Positions 33,348 to 45,328 of a stretch of 64,000 nt of DNA are shown here, piece by piece. The position numbers were made by a program, and so were the translations under genes. Each line of letters starts with the position of its first letter. Positions within the stretch are counted from its first letter, which is position 1. Where the stretch lies: assembly GCA_964454905.1 (NCBI GenBank), contig CAYVTR010000004.1:7309-71308 (forward strand), in the 5' to 3' direction. The notes under the pieces were generated by a model that saw nothing but the letters and a program-made list of their open reading frames with translations, did not search any database and was not told the DNA's origin. Source of the DNA: an uncultured Woeseia sp. (GTDB lineage: Bacteria; Pseudomonadota; Gammaproteobacteria; Steroidobacterales; UBA11654).

Positions 33348-36158
33348 AAGATTCCTAAGATATTGTCCTGTATGTGAAGCTTTAGATTCTGCCACCACTT
33401 CAGGGGTTCCTTCAGCAACAATTTCACCACCTTTGTCGCCACCTTCAGGTCCAAGATCAATAATCCAGTCAGCAGTTTTAATAACATCTAAATTATGTTC
33501 AATAATAACAATCGTATTGCCTTCATCTCTTAGTTTAATGAGTACCTTAAGCAGTTGATTCACGTCATGAAAGTGAAGACCGGTTGTAGGCTCATCTAAA
33601 AGATAAAGAGTATTTTTATTGGTTCTTTTAGATAATTCTTTTGATAGCTTTATTCTTTGTGCTTCACCACCAGAAAGAGTAACAGCATTTTGTCCTAATT
33701 TAATATATCCCAAGCCTACATCTATGAGTGTTGTGAGTTTATTCTTGATTGAAGGAATATTTTTAAAAAATAAGTAAGCTTCATCCACTGTCATATCCAG
33801 TACCTCATAAATGCTTCTTTCTTTATAGATAATCTCTAATGTTTCTCTATTAAATCGCTTGCCGTCACAGACATCACAGATCACATAGATATCAGAAAGA
33901 AAGTTCATTTCTACCTTAATTAGACCTCCTCCTTGACATGTTTCACAACGACCACCTTTCACATTAAAACTAAACCTACCAGGTTTGTAGCCTCTCGATC
34001 TTGATTCTTGTGTGCCCGCAAATAATTCTCTAACAGCAGTAAATAAACCGGTATAAGTTGCTGGATTGGAACGTGGCGTTCTACCAATAGGGCTTTGACT
34101 GATATTAATAATTCTTTTGATATCCTCATACCCACTGATTGATGTTGCTTCAAAATGTTCAGAGATTTTATTTTCTAATTTTGAGCGGAGCAATGGCTTT
34201 AAAGTATTATTAATTAGTGTTGATTTGCCAGAACCAGAAACACCAGTTACACAAGTCAATAGATTTAACGGTATTTTTGCGTTTAATGATTTGAGATTAT
34301 TTTTGCAGGCATTATTGATCCTAATTGCTTTTGATGTATTAGCCACAATTCTTTTCTTTGGTACTTTTATAGTTTTTTTGCCGTTTAGATAGTCTGCTGT
34401 TAACGATTTTTTCCCCTTGATAATCGATTCTAGACCTCCTTGTGACACAATTTCACCGCCATTGTTACCAGCGCCAGGTCCAAGATCCACAATATGATTT
34501 GCAGATCTGATTACCTCTTCATCATGCTCTACCACTATAACCGTATTACCCAGATCTCTTAATTTTGTAAGCGTTTTAATTAATCTTTTATTATCGCGTT
34601 GATGTAAGCCAATGGTAGGCTCATCTAAGACATACATGACACCCACTAGTCCAGAACCAATTTGGCTTGCTAATCTTATGCGTTGAGATTCTCCACCAGA
34701 TAACGTTTCTGCACTTCTCTCTAAATTAAGGTAATTCAGACCAACATTTGATAAAAACTCTAAACGGTCAATAATTTCTTTAACAACATTCTTTGCAATT
34801 TCGCCCCTGCTACCAGTCAACTTAAGTTGATTAAAAAAACTCAAGATTTCATTAATATTCATTTTCGTTAGATCTGAAATATTTGCTTTACCTATGAAAA
34901 CATTTCTAGCAGATTCATTTAGTCTGGATCCTTGGCATAAGCTACACGGTTTTGTGCTCATAAATTTAGATAAAGCATCTTTAACAGCTTGCGATTCAGT
35001 CTCCTTATATCGTCTTTTAAGATTAGGAATTACCCCTTCAAATGGATGTTTTCTGGATATTCTTTTACCGCCTCTCCCAGGATAGTAGAATTGAATTTTC
35101 TCTTTGCCACTTCCATAAAGTAACATGTCTTTTATATCTTCACCATAGGAAACATAGGGTTCTTCGATATCAAAACAAAAGTGTTTTGAAAGACTCCTAA
35201 TCAAATGAAAATAATAAAAATTTCTTTTATCCCATCCTCTAATAGCACCTTCAGAAATACTCAATTTATCATTCTTAATAACTAATTCTGGGCTAAAGAA
35301 ATGTTCTACACCTAGTCCATCACATAGAGAACATGCTCCGGCAGGATTATTAAATGAGAAGGTTCTAGGTTCAAGCTCAGTGATTGAGTAACCGCATTCA
35401 GGACAGGCAAATTGATTAGAGAATAAATAAGTGGTGTCATTTTTTTCAGAAGAGATTACTTTTGCTATTCCATTGGATAGACTAAGAGCGGTTTCGAATG
35501 ATTCTGTCAGTCGTGGAGCAATCTCAGATTTGATGGAAAATCTATCGACAACTACCTCTATAGTATTATTTTTCTTTGCGTCAACAGTGGGAAGATCATC
35601 TATATCATATACAAAACCATTAATTCGTAAACGGACAAAACCTCTAGATCTAATATTCTTTATTAATTCTAAATGTTCTCCTTTCCTGTCAGTCACCAAT
35701 GGAGAGAGCAGAAGAAATTTATTACCCTGTGTTAATTGCATGACTTGATCTACCATTTCACTGATATTTTGAATACCAAGTGTCCTTTTATGAGTTGGGC
35801 ATTTGGGCACTCCAGCTCTTGCAAATAGCAATCTTAAATAATCATAAATCTCGGTTACAGTTCCTACAGTCGATCTAGGATTATGGGAGGTTGTTTTTTG
35901 TTCTATAGATATTGCAGGAGATAACCCCTCAATCAGATCCACGTCAGGTTTTTCCATCATAGATAAGAATTGTCTTGCATAAGCAGATAATGATTCCACA
36001 TAGCGTCTTTGACCTTCTGCATAAATAGTATCGAATGCAAGTGATGATTTTCCTGAGCCTGAAAGACCCGTAAGTACTATTAGTTGATTTCTAGGAAGCT
36101 CTAAGTCGAGATTCTTTAAGTTGTGAGTCCTAGCACCTTTTATTTTAATCTGATCCAT
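33336..36158 (-). CDS. uvrA: excinuclease ABC subunit A
   Basis: 940 aa, two ABC modules ([25 protein letters not shown] signatures) and Cys-rich zinc modules. Divergent from ssb, as in E. coli. Confidence 0.98.
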   Translation of the reverse strand: MDQIKIKGARTHNLKNLDLELPRNQLIVLTGLSGSGKSSLAFDTIYAEGQRRYVESLSAYARQFLSMMEKPDVDLIEGLSPAISIEQKTTSHNPRSTVGTVTEIYDYLRLLFARAGVPKCPTHKRTLGIQNISEMVDQVMQLTQGNKFLLLSPLVTDRKGEHLELIKNIRSRGFVRLRINGFVYDIDDLPTVDAKKNNTIEVVVDRFSIKSEIAPRLTESFETALSLSNGIAKVISSEKNDTTYLFSNQFACPECGYSITELEPRTFSFNNPAGACSLCDGLGVEHFFSPELVIKNDKLSISEGAIRGWDKRNFYYFHLIRSLSKHFCFDIEEPYVSYGEDIKDMLLYGSGKEKIQFYYPGRGGKRISRKHPFEGVIPNLKRRYKETESQAVKDALSKFMSTKPCSLCQGSRLNESARNVFIGKANISDLTKMNINEILSFFNQLKLTGSRGEIAKNVVKEIIDRLEFLSNVGLNYLNLERSAETLSGGESQRIRLASQIGSGLVGVMYVLDEPTIGLHQRDNKRLIKTLTKLRDLGNTVIVVEHDEEVIRSANHIVDLGPGAGNNGGEIVSQGGLESIIKGKKSLTADYLNGKKTIKVPKKRIVANTSKAIRINNACKNNLKSLNAKIPLNLLTCVTGVSGSGKSTLINNTLKPLLRSKLENKISEHFEATSISGYEDIKRIINISQSPIGRTPRSNPATYTGLFTAVRELFAGTQESRSRGYKPGRFSFNVKGGRCETCQGGGLIKVEMNFLSDIYVICDVCDGKRFNRETLEIIYKERSIYEVLDMTVDEAYLFFKNIPSIKNKLTTLIDVGLGYIKLGQNAVTLSGGEAQRIKLSKELSKRTNKNTLYLLDEPTTGLHFHDVNQLLKVLIKLRDEGNTIVIIEHNLDVIKTADWIIDLGPEGGDKGGEIVAEGTPEVVAESKASHTGQYLRNLLSQ

Positions 36159-36273
36159 AATAGAAAAAAATTATCCAAACGTTCTATTGTAAATCTTTTT
36201 TAGATTGAGAGCCAAAAGCAAACGTTTTTGATACAATTAGTTTCAGAATTATTTAGAAAAATTAGGGAAAATT

Positions 36274-36708
36274 ATGGCAAGAGGCATTAACAAAGTAATT
36301 GTTGTTGGTAATCTAGGAGCCGATCCAGACACTAGGTTTATGCCAAGCGGCAATGCAGTCACTAATATTAGTGTTGCAACTTCAGAATCATGGAATGACA
36401 AAGAAACCGGCGAGAGACAGGAGAAAACTGAATGGCATCGCGTTGTTTTTTTTGGTCGCCTTGCAGAAATAGCTAGTGAGTATCTTAAAAAAGGCTCCCA
36501 AGTTTATATTGAGGGTAAACTGCAAACTAGAAAATGGGAGGATAAAGAAGGTAACGAACGTTGGACGACTGAAATAGTATCTAATCAGATGCAAATGCTT
36601 GGTGAAAAAATGAGTCAGAGCGCATCTAATCAGGGTAATGTGACGAAGCAGAATAATTCTTCTAATGAGTTTGTCGATGAAGAGTTTGATGACGATATCC
36701 CGTTTTAG
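36274..36708 (+). CDS. ssb: single-stranded DNA-binding protein
   Basis: [16 protein letters not shown]-terminus, TEWHRVV block, acidic tail ending DDDIPF. Confidence 0.97.
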   Translation: MARGINKVIVVGNLGADPDTRFMPSGNAVTNISVATSESWNDKETGERQEKTEWHRVVFFGRLAEIASEYLKKGSQVYIEGKLQTRKWEDKEGNERWTTEIVSNQMQMLGEKMSQSASNQGNVTKQNNSSNEFVDEEFDDDIPF

Positions 36709-36737
36709 CAATAATCCAATTAACCCATAATATTTCG

Positions 36738-38060
36738 GTGTCAAAAAAGATCTTTATAAAATCTTTTGGTTGTCAGATGAATGAATATGATTCATCTAAG
36801 ATGCTTGATCTAATGCGCCTCGAAAGAGGCATGGAATCTACTGATGATCCATCAATAGCTGATCTAATTCTACTTAACACATGCTCCATTAGAGAGAAAC
36901 CTCAAGAAAAAGTTTTTTCTCAGTTAGGTCGCTGGAAAGAGTATAAAAAAATTAATCCTAATTTAGTCATAGGTGTTGGTGGATGTGTTGCCAGTCAAGA
37001 GGGAACAAATATTATTAGCAGAGCACCTTATGTTGATCTAGTTTTTGGTCCGCAAACACTGCATCGTCTTCCGACTATGTATGACCAAGTCATTAAATCA
37101 AGAGACCCTGTTGTTGATATTAGTTTTCCTAAAGTTGAGAAGTTTACAGTTTTACCGAAAACGCCAGATATCAAACCATCTGCCTTTGTGTCAATTATGG
37201 AGGGTTGTAGCAAGTTTTGTAGTTTTTGTGTAGTTCCTTATACTCGAGGCCTTGAAGTCAGTAGACCACCTGAAGGTATTCTTGATGAAATACAAGATCT
37301 TGCAGACCGTGGAGTTAAGGAAGTCAATCTTTTAGGTCAAAATGTTAATGCCTATAGAGCTAAGGACTCAAGCGGCAGAAAGTTAAAATTAGCAGACTTG
37401 ATTGAACAAGTTGCTGATATAAAAGGGGTAGAGAGGATTCGTTTTACCACTTCTCATCCTTTACAATTTACTGATGATTTAATCACTATTTTTGAGAATC
37501 CAAAGTTAGCAAACTATTTGCACTTACCAGTACAAAGTGGCTCCAACAAAATCCTTAAATTAATGGAAAGGAAGCATAAAGTTGATCTATATATTGAAAG
37601 AATAAATAAACTAAGAAAACTTAGGCCTGATATCAGTATATCGTCTGATTTTATCGTCGGTTTTCCGGGGGAAACTGATGATGATTTTCAAGAGACTTTA
37701 GATTTAATTGATATTATTGGTTTTGATCAATCTTTTAGCTTTATTTTTAGTCCTAGACCCAATACTCCAGCAGCAAATATGGAAGACAATATATCTTATA
37801 AGATTAAATTAAATCGATTGGATCAACTGCAGTCTAAAATTAATAATAATGCCAGACACATTAGTCAAAATATGGTGGGGTCTGTTCAAATAGTGCTCGT
37901 GGAGAAAAAATCAAAAAAAACAAGAAGACAATTAGCTGGTCGCACAGAAAACAATCGTTGGGTCAATTTTGATGGAGATGAAAGCTTAATTGGTCAGTTA
38001 ATAGAACTAAGGATAACTGAAGCTCTTCCTAATTCTCTTCGCGCAAGATTTATTAACTAA
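36738..38060 (+). CDS. miaB: tRNA-2-methylthio-N6-dimethylallyladenosine synthase MiaB
   Basis: N-terminus [18 protein letters not shown] matches E. coli [18 protein letters not shown]. Radical-SAM CSKFCSFC motif. GTG start. Confidence 0.95.
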   Translation: MSKKIFIKSFGCQMNEYDSSKMLDLMRLERGMESTDDPSIADLILLNTCSIREKPQEKVFSQLGRWKEYKKINPNLVIGVGGCVASQEGTNIISRAPYVDLVFGPQTLHRLPTMYDQVIKSRDPVVDISFPKVEKFTVLPKTPDIKPSAFVSIMEGCSKFCSFCVVPYTRGLEVSRPPEGILDEIQDLADRGVKEVNLLGQNVNAYRAKDSSGRKLKLADLIEQVADIKGVERIRFTTSHPLQFTDDLITIFENPKLANYLHLPVQSGSNKILKLMERKHKVDLYIERINKLRKLRPDISISSDFIVGFPGETDDDFQETLDLIDIIGFDQSFSFIFSPRPNTPAANMEDNISYKIKLNRLDQLQSKINNNARHISQNMVGSVQIVLVEKKSKKTRRQLAGRTENNRWVNFDGDESLIGQLIELRITEALPNSLRARFIN

Positions 38061-38074
38061 GATATATAGATACA

Positions 38075-39034
38075 TTGAAGACAAAAGAATTCCAAATCGA
38101 ATCAATAGATAATTCCACACTGGTTAATTTATTGGGTATTTTTGATTCTCATATGAGATCAATAGAAAGTGAATTAGAAATTAAAATTAAGACTAGGGGG
38201 AACACATTTGTTCTTTCCGGAGAGGATCAGGAACTTCAGGCAGGAGAGAAAATTATCCATGATCTTTATGTGATGGCAAAAGATGAGAACTTAAATCAAG
38301 AAAAGGTTCACCTGGTTATCAATAAACACTTAAACAGTGAACATAATTTGGCCAATGGATCAAAATATTTTGAAACTATCATTAGAACACCAAATAGAGA
38401 GATTAAAACGAGAACAAAGAATCAATTGCGCTACATTGAAGCTATAAGGGCTAATGATTTATCCTTTGGAATTGGTCCAGCGGGCACGGGGAAAACTTAT
38501 TTAGCAGTTGCTGCTGCGATAGAGTCACTTCAGAAGGAAGAGGTTAAAAGAATTATTCTCGTTAGACCTGCTGTTGAAGCTGGAGAGAGTTTAGGTTTTC
38601 TTCCTGGAGACTTATCACAAAAAGTTGACCCATATCTTCGTCCAATGTATGACGCCCTATATGAAATGTTGGGTAGGGACCAAGTTAATAACCTAATTGA
38701 GAGAAGAGCAATAGAATTAGCTCCACTGGCTTTCATGAGAGGTAGATCTTTGAATGAGAGTTTTATCATATTAGATGAGGCACAGAATACCACTGAAGAA
38801 CAGATGAAAATGTTCCTAACTAGAATGGGCTTCGGTTCTAAATCTGTCATTAATGGCGATGTTACTCAGATAGATTTACCTCCTGAGAAAATATCTGGGT
38901 TGAAACATGCCTTAAAGGTGCTTGCCGACGTTAAAGGTATTGCTGTTGTGAATTTTGTTCACACTGATATTGTTCGGCATCGAATAGTCCAAAAAATTGT
39001 TGAAGCCTATAATAAATTTAAACAATCAATATGA
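38075..39034 (+). CDS. ybeZ: PhoH-like ATPase YbeZ
   Basis: GPAGTGKTYLAVA Walker A, RPAVEAGE.LGFLPGDL.QKVDPYLRP block. TTG start. miaB-ybeZ-ybeY synteny. Confidence 0.93.
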   Translation: MKTKEFQIESIDNSTLVNLLGIFDSHMRSIESELEIKIKTRGNTFVLSGEDQELQAGEKIIHDLYVMAKDENLNQEKVHLVINKHLNSEHNLANGSKYFETIIRTPNREIKTRTKNQLRYIEAIRANDLSFGIGPAGTGKTYLAVAAAIESLQKEEVKRIILVRPAVEAGESLGFLPGDLSQKVDPYLRPMYDALYEMLGRDQVNNLIERRAIELAPLAFMRGRSLNESFIILDEAQNTTEEQMKMFLTRMGFGSKSVINGDVTQIDLPPEKISGLKHALKVLADVKGIAVVNFVHTDIVRHRIVQKIVEAYNKFKQSI

Positions 39035-39516
39035 AAACTGAAGACAGTTCTTTTATTGTCGATTTTCAATCATCAGATAATATGATTTTCCCAGTTGAAA
39101 CACTGCTGGTAAACAAAGCTATCAAGATAGCCTACTTGAATGCTTCACAAACTTATAATTACCCTCTCGGAGTCACACTGAGACTTGTTGATAGTGAGGA
39201 AGGTCAATCCATTAACAAACAATTTAAGAAAATTAATAAACCAACAAATGTTTTAGCTTTTATTGGAGATCTTGAGAAAGAAAGAACACTAGGAGTTAAC
39301 CCCCCTTTTCTAGGTGATATTATCGTTTGTTTACCAATTGTTGAGAAAGAAGCTAAATTATTGAATATAGAGGTGTCTTCGCATTTTCTACACATGGTTA
39401 TACATGGTTTTCTGCATTTACTAGGTTATGATCACAATACTGATAAAGAAGAAATAGAAATGATACAACTTGAGAATTTAGTTTTGACAGAGTTAGGTAT
39501 AGAGAATAGTGCATAG
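39031..39516 (+). CDS. ybeY: rRNA maturation endoribonuclease YbeY
   Basis: Zinc motif HGFLHLLGYDH. ATGA overlap with ybeZ. Confidence 0.93.
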   Translation: MKTEDSSFIVDFQSSDNMIFPVETLLVNKAIKIAYLNASQTYNYPLGVTLRLVDSEEGQSINKQFKKINKPTNVLAFIGDLEKERTLGVNPPFLGDIIVCLPIVEKEAKLLNIEVSSHFLHMVIHGFLHLLGYDHNTDKEEIEMIQLENLVLTELGIENSA

Positions 39517-40321
39517 AATGATGTTATTTGATTCTATAAGGTCATTTTTTAAATCAAAAAAGAATGATCCTGAGAGTTTTTACTCTATGGTTGAATCCAA
39601 CCAATGGAAAAACTTCATCGGTAATGATGAAATTAAAATGATCAAAGGAGTTATTAAGGTCTCAGAACTAGAAGTGAGCGATATCATGGTCCCTCGGTCA
39701 AACATGATCGCTCTAGAAAAATCATATGCAATTGATCTGCTGCTAAAAATAATCAGTGATTCGGGGCATTCAAGATTTCCAGTGATTGGTGAGAATAAAG
39801 ATGAAGTTTTAGGTATTTTACTGGCAAAGGATTTATTGAGGTTTTCTAAAGATAGCCAGGAAAATTTTGATATGGAAGATTTTATTAGGCCAGCCACTTT
39901 TATCCCAGAGAGTAAACGATTAAAGATACTCCTAAAAGAATTTAGAAAAAGCAGAAATCATATTGCAATTGTTGTTGATGAGTACGGGAGAACAGCAGGG
40001 TTGCTAACCATTGAGGATGTCCTTGAGCAAATTGTAGGTGATATTGAGGATGAATATGATGCTGAAGATATACCTATGATTAAAGAAGTGGGACACAAGC
40101 TATACATTGTTGATGCTTTAGTAAGAATAGAATACTTTAATGATTTTTTTGACACTGAATTCCTAGATGAAGATTATGATACTTTGGGAGGCTTGCTTAT
40201 CAAGACTTTTGGCAGATTGCCAAAAGAAGAAGAGACGATTGATCTCAAAACAATACAATTTAGAATATTACAAGCAGATAATAGGCGTCTTCAGAGTATA
40301 GAAGTCAAAAAAATTGATTAA
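39509..40321 (+). CDS. corC: CorC/YbeX-type CBS-domain Mg/Co efflux-associated protein
   Basis: Aligns along its length with E. coli CorC (DIMVPRS, HSRFPVI, TIEDVLEQIVGDIEDEYD). Start ambiguous: GTG 39509, ATG 39518 or ATG 39521. Confidence 0.9.
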   Translation: MHRMMLFDSIRSFFKSKKNDPESFYSMVESNQWKNFIGNDEIKMIKGVIKVSELEVSDIMVPRSNMIALEKSYAIDLLLKIISDSGHSRFPVIGENKDEVLGILLAKDLLRFSKDSQENFDMEDFIRPATFIPESKRLKILLKEFRKSRNHIAIVVDEYGRTAGLLTIEDVLEQIVGDIEDEYDAEDIPMIKEVGHKLYIVDALVRIEYFNDFFDTEFLDEDYDTLGGLLIKTFGRLPKEEETIDLKTIQFRILQADNRRLQSIEVKKID

Positions 40322-41807
40322 GCAATTATTAGCTTCTATTTTAACTGCTCTATTCTATGTATCAGGCTTTGAGCCATTTGGTATAGCCATTGCTCCATTG
40401 TTTTGTCTAGTTTACCTCTTTTATTTTGCCTTAAATCACTCTCCAAAGAAGACAGCCATATTTTATTATCTGTTTGGGTTTTTCTGTTTCTCAATTGGAT
40501 TATATTGGCTCTATATTAGTATTCACATTGTTAGTGGGTCGCCGCTGTGGTTAGCAATTCTATTGATAGGATTTTTATCTGGAGTGATGGCTATATTTTA
40601 TTGCCTGATTGGCTATATTATTAGTTATGCTTACCAACTGTTTAAATCTAAATATTTAATATTAACTCTATTAGCACCTGCAATCTGGACTCTCTCAGAG
40701 TTATTAAGAGGTTATGCGTTTACAGGCTTCACTTGGTTGACTATAGGTTATAGTCAGAGTAGTACATTTTTATCAGCATGGGCACCTATAGGGGGAGTTT
40801 ATTTAGTGTCTTTTTTTGTGTCACTTATTGCAGGCTACTTTTTGCTAATTAGCTCAAGAATACGGCCTCTACTCTCACTTTTTGGGGTGTTGATGATCAT
40901 AGGAAGTTCTTTTTTTATTAGGCCAATAGAGTGGACTGAAAGAGTGAATAAAGAATTTAGTGTGGCTCTAGTCCAAGGAGCTGTAGCCCAAGAGAAAAAA
41001 TGGTTAACTACTGAGTTTATCAGAACTCTCACCTTATACCGAAACAGCCTTCTTGATTTAGAAAATACAAATTTAGTTATTTGGCCAGAAGTGGCTATCC
41101 CCGCCTATGCAGAAAATGTTGAAGGTTATCTAGATGAATTAGAAGGTATTCTTAAAAATCAAAATATAGATTTATTAATGTTAGGAATTAATACAAAAGG
41201 TAAAAATGATGAAGTTTTTAATTCTGTGATCACTCTCGGCAGTGATGATAATAGGGTTTATAATAAAAGACACTTAGTTCCTTTTGGTGAGTATTTTCCA
41301 GTTCCCAGTTTTGTAAGAGAGTGGCTACAACAGATGAATTTACCAAATAGAGACATATCAAAAGGGTCAGAAGATCAAGAGATGCCTAAATTGAACGAAT
41401 ATTTCATCGCCACCTCTATATGTTATGAGGATATATTTGGTTATGAACTACACGATTTTATGCCGTTAGCTAATGTCTTGGTGAATGTTACCAACAATGC
41501 TTGGTTTGGAGAATCCATAGCCTCTTCGCAGCATTTTCAAATGTCGAGAATGCGAGCAATAGAGACGGGTAGGTACCTTCTAAGGTCAACTAACACAGGG
41601 ATCACTGCTATCGTTATGCCAGATGGAAACATTAAGAAAGAATTAGAACCTTACAATTTCTCAATTCTGAAGGACAACTTTTATCCAATGAAAGGTGAAA
41701 CACCGTATTCCAGATTTGGTGATTTATTCGTTATATTATTAATGACATTGATTATGACTTTAGGATGTTTTATAGGTATGCTTCGTTTAAAAAATAATAA
41801 TGTCTGA
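40314..41807 (+). CDS. lnt: apolipoprotein N-acyltransferase
   Basis: N-terminal polytopic region plus C-N hydrolase domain with [13 protein letters not shown] and SICYE catalytic-triad contexts. TTG start. Follows corC, as in E. coli. Confidence 0.92.
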   Translation: MIKQLLASILTALFYVSGFEPFGIAIAPLFCLVYLFYFALNHSPKKTAIFYYLFGFFCFSIGLYWLYISIHIVSGSPLWLAILLIGFLSGVMAIFYCLIGYIISYAYQLFKSKYLILTLLAPAIWTLSELLRGYAFTGFTWLTIGYSQSSTFLSAWAPIGGVYLVSFFVSLIAGYFLLISSRIRPLLSLFGVLMIIGSSFFIRPIEWTERVNKEFSVALVQGAVAQEKKWLTTEFIRTLTLYRNSLLDLENTNLVIWPEVAIPAYAENVEGYLDELEGILKNQNIDLLMLGINTKGKNDEVFNSVITLGSDDNRVYNKRHLVPFGEYFPVPSFVREWLQQMNLPNRDISKGSEDQEMPKLNEYFIATSICYEDIFGYELHDFMPLANVLVNVTNNAWFGESIASSQHFQMSRMRAIETGRYLLRSTNTGITAIVMPDGNIKKELEPYNFSILKDNFYPMKGETPYSRFGDLFVILLMTLIMTLGCFIGMLRLKNNNV

Positions 41808-44256
41808 AAATAAATACAATCCAAGAGAAATAGAAGCTGAGGCTCAAAAATTTTGGGAAGAGAAGAAAGTTTTTGAAGTATTTGAGGACCCAGAAAAGGA
41901 AAAGTTTTATTGTCTATGTATGTTTCCATATCCAAGTGGAAGATTACATATGGGCCATGTACGGAATTACACCATTGGCGATGTAATTTCTAGATATCAA
42001 AGAATGCAGGGTAAGAATGTTCTTCAACCCATGGGTTGGGATGCCTTTGGCTTGCCTGCTGAAGGTGCAGCAATTAAGAATAAAATGCCCCCAGCTCAGT
42101 GGACTAGGGAGAATATTACATACATGAAGCATCAGTTAAAGCTGCTGGGTTTTGGTTATGATTGGACTAGAGAGTTAGCAACCTGCGACCCCGATTATTA
42201 TCGTTGGGAACAATGGATGTTTACAAGATTATATGAGAAAGGGTTAGCTTATCGAGATAAAGCAATTGTCAATTGGGATCCAGTTGAAAATACAGTATTA
42301 GCTAATGAACAAGTGATTGATGGAAAAGGCTGGCGATCAGGGGCTACAATTGAACGGAGAGAGTTACCACAATGGTTTTTGAGAATAACAGATTATTGTG
42401 AGGAATTATTGTCGGGTTTAGAAGACGTTGAATGGCCTGAACAAGTCAAAGTAATGCAGAGAAACTGGATTGGTCGATCTGAAGGGTTTGAGATTGATTT
42501 CAGATTATCTGAATCTGGAGAGACAATTGCTGCTTATTCAACAAGACCAGACACTCTGTTTGGTGCAACTTATATGGCACTAGCTCCAGAGCATCCATTG
42601 GTTCAAGACATTGCTCAAAATAATACTGAGGTTTCTAAATTTCTGGAAGAAACAAAATCTCAGTCTGTCTCTGAAGAGGCATTGGAGAAAATGGATAAAA
42701 TTGGAGTTCCATTGGGGATACAAGCAACCAATCCAATAAATGGAGAAAGTATCCCAGTTTGGACAGCAAACTTCGTTTTGATGACTTATGGCACAGGCTC
42801 AATTATGTCTGTTCCAGCTCATGATCAGAGAGATTTTGATTTTGCGAAAAAATATGATCTTAATATAAAGCCCGTTATTGTTCCTAAGGAAGGCTCTAAG
42901 GATCATGATTTTGAAGTCTCAGCATTTACTGATCAAGGGGACTTAATCAATTCTGGAGAATTTAATGATTTAGATTCAAATGAAGCAAAAACAACAATAG
43001 GAGATCGTTTAGTTAGTGAGGGGCTAGCTAAAAAAGTTATCAACTATCGTTTAAGGGACTGGCTAATTTCAAGACAAAGATATTGGGGTGCCCCTATACC
43101 AGTATTAATGAATGAAAAAGACGAGATCATTGCAGAAAAAGATGAAAATCTTCCTGTTATATTGCCAGAAGATGTTCAATTTGACGGTGTTCAATCGCCA
43201 ATAAAATGCATGAAAGAATTTTTTGAAGTGACTATGGATAATGAAGTAACTCACATCCGGGAAACTGATACCTTTGACACGTTTATGGAATCTTCTTGGT
43301 ATTATGCCCGCTTTTGTTCTAGTGATTCTCAGGAGAAAATGCTTGATGAAAGAGCTAAATATTGGCTACCTGTAGATTTGTATATTGGTGGTATTGAACA
43401 TGCTATTCTTCATTTACTGTATGCCCGTTTTTATCATCGATTATTGAGAGACGAGGGATTAGTCGATAGTGATGAACCTTTTAAACGGTTATTAACTCAA
43501 GGCATGGTTCTTAATAATGGTGCTAAGATGTCTAAATCTTTAGATAATACAGTCGATCCAGAAGAAATGATCAATAATTACGGAGCCGATACTGTTCGAT
43601 TATTTATGATGTTCACAGCCCCACCTGAGCAATCTCTTGAATGGTCTGATAAGGCAATTAAGGGTTCTTTTAGATTTCTGAAAAGGTTATGGACACTGGT
43701 TCAATCAAGACGTGATGAGCTGTTAAACACAGATAAGATTAATTCACAGGATCATTTCAATGAAAAGCAGACAATACTGAGGAGAAAGACTCATCAAACT
43801 ATTGCAAAGGTGAGTGATGATATTGGTCGAAGATATACTTTTAACACTGCAATAGCGGCAGCTATGGAGTTAGTCAATGACCTTAATGTGTTTCAAATTG
43901 ATGATGAAATAGATAAGAAAGTTGCTAAAGAAGCTACCACATCTGTCCTATTGTTACTTTCGCCGATTGTTCCTCATATTTGTAATCGTTTATGGCTGGA
44001 TCTTGGTTTTGATCAGCCTATTATAGATGAAGTTTGGCCCAAGCATAATCCACACCTGATGATGACTGACACCTTAGAAATTATTGTCCAAGTCAATGGG
44101 AAACTGCGTTCAAAAATTACTGTCGATAGTGCTATAGGAAATCCTGAACTAGAAGAGTTAGTGTTAATGGATGAAAAAATAAAAAAATACACTGACAATC
44201 AGACAATTAAAAAGATTATCATTGTTCCTAAAAAGTTAGTTAATATCGTTATCTAA
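41800..44256 (+). CDS. leuS: leucine--tRNA ligase
   Basis: HMGHVRNY (HIGH) and KMSKS motifs. 818 aa. Confidence 0.97.
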   Translation: MSENKYNPREIEAEAQKFWEEKKVFEVFEDPEKEKFYCLCMFPYPSGRLHMGHVRNYTIGDVISRYQRMQGKNVLQPMGWDAFGLPAEGAAIKNKMPPAQWTRENITYMKHQLKLLGFGYDWTRELATCDPDYYRWEQWMFTRLYEKGLAYRDKAIVNWDPVENTVLANEQVIDGKGWRSGATIERRELPQWFLRITDYCEELLSGLEDVEWPEQVKVMQRNWIGRSEGFEIDFRLSESGETIAAYSTRPDTLFGATYMALAPEHPLVQDIAQNNTEVSKFLEETKSQSVSEEALEKMDKIGVPLGIQATNPINGESIPVWTANFVLMTYGTGSIMSVPAHDQRDFDFAKKYDLNIKPVIVPKEGSKDHDFEVSAFTDQGDLINSGEFNDLDSNEAKTTIGDRLVSEGLAKKVINYRLRDWLISRQRYWGAPIPVLMNEKDEIIAEKDENLPVILPEDVQFDGVQSPIKCMKEFFEVTMDNEVTHIRETDTFDTFMESSWYYARFCSSDSQEKMLDERAKYWLPVDLYIGGIEHAILHLLYARFYHRLLRDEGLVDSDEPFKRLLTQGMVLNNGAKMSKSLDNTVDPEEMINNYGADTVRLFMMFTAPPEQSLEWSDKAIKGSFRFLKRLWTLVQSRRDELLNTDKINSQDHFNEKQTILRRKTHQTIAKVSDDIGRRYTFNTAIAAAMELVNDLNVFQIDDEIDKKVAKEATTSVLLLLSPIVPHICNRLWLDLGFDQPIIDEVWPKHNPHLMMTDTLEIIVQVNGKLRSKITVDSAIGNPELEELVLMDEKIKKYTDNQTIKKIIIVPKKLVNIVI

Positions 44257-44741
44257 TGATTTCTCTTAAACAATTAACCTTTGTGATTTGTTTTCTGTTT
44301 CTAACAGGCTGTGGTTTTGAGCTTCAGAATACCGGAGATTTAAAACAAACAATTAATATCATCCATATACAAACCAATGATCCTTATACTGTCTTTTATA
44401 GGAACATAAAAAATCAATTTAGAGAAAATGGCATAAGAGTCACAGATAACAGAGAAGAAGCAGCTTATGTTTTAGTTATTGAGAAAGATTTTTCTAATGA
44501 CAGAGTCCTAAGTATTTCTGCTAAAAACACGCCAAAAGAGTATGAAATTGTATATCAAGTCCAATGGTCTCTATTTAAGGACAAGACCCAGTTAATCTCT
44601 AATGTGAAGCATCTGGAACTTCAAGATTATAGTTTTGATCAAAATCAATTGTTGGGTAAAAGTAAGGAAGCAGAATTTATAATGGATTCACTTGCAACTA
44701 GGATTTCTAGAGCAGTTTTAGCAAGATTAGGTAATATTTAA
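44256..44741 (+). CDS. lptE: LPS-assembly lipoprotein LptE
   Basis: Lipobox LTGC followed by GFELQ (E. coli: AGCGWHLR). 161 aa. Immediately after leuS (TAATG overlap), as in E. coli. Confidence 0.8.
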   Translation: MISLKQLTFVICFLFLTGCGFELQNTGDLKQTINIIHIQTNDPYTVFYRNIKNQFRENGIRVTDNREEAAYVLVIEKDFSNDRVLSISAKNTPKEYEIVYQVQWSLFKDKTQLISNVKHLELQDYSFDQNQLLGKSKEAEFIMDSLATRISRAVLARLGNI

Positions 44742-44743
44742 GT

Positions 44744-45328
44744 ATGTCAACACTCCATTTCACATATTCGACTATGAATGCTGGGAAATCTACAGCACTT
44801 CTACAGGCTAATCATGGTTATCAGGAAAGAGGTATGCATACCATGATCTTTACTTCAGCTAGGGATGATCGTTATGGTGACTCTGAAATTGTTTCGAGGA
44901 TTGGATTAAGAGCTGATGCTGAAACTTTCTCAGAATCAGATAATTTATTTAATATAGTAAAAGCAAATAACGACAATACGCCTCTTCATTGTGTATTAAT
45001 TGATGAAGCTCAATTTCTTACCAAGGAACAAGTTTTACAATTAGGACAAATAGTTGATCAATTAAATATCACTGTTCTTACTTATGGGATTAGAACAGAT
45101 TTTCAGGGAGAATTATTTGATGGCAGCAAATATCTATTAGCATGGGCTGACAGATTAAAAGAATTAAGAGCCGTGTGCCACTGTGGGAACAAAGCCACTA
45201 TGATCATAAGGGTAGATGATAAGGGTGAAATTATACGAGAAGGTCAACAGATTGATATAGGCGGTAATGAGAAATATCTTTCCCTCTGCCGAAAGCATTT
45301 CCATGAAGGAGCAATAAGAACAGATTAA
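44744..45328 (+). CDS. tdk: thymidine kinase
   Basis: P-loop MNAGKST, DEAQF, and a C-terminal zinc-type CHCG...LCRKH motif. 194 aa. Confidence 0.93.
   Translation: MSTLHFTYSTMNAGKSTALLQANHGYQERGMHTMIFTSARDDRYGDSEIVSRIGLRADAETFSESDNLFNIVKANNDNTPLHCVLIDEAQFLTKEQVLQLGQIVDQLNITVLTYGIRTDFQGELFDGSKYLLAWADRLKELRAVCHCGNKATMIIRVDDKGEIIREGQQIDIGGNEKYLSLCRKHFHEGAIRTD

Noticed and set aside
36175-36231. Interpreting GCAAACGTTTTTG as a PurR operator
   Set aside because: It matches the core of the E. coli PurR box (AAACGTTT). However, the upstream regions of the pur genes in this window (purE 56206-56279, purC 60180-60282) lack any such motif, and ssb and uvrA are not pur regulon genes.
36388-36744. 118-aa minus-strand ORF
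   Set aside because: It is antisense to ssb, which is unambiguous (DDDIPF tail), and it has no recognisable motifs.
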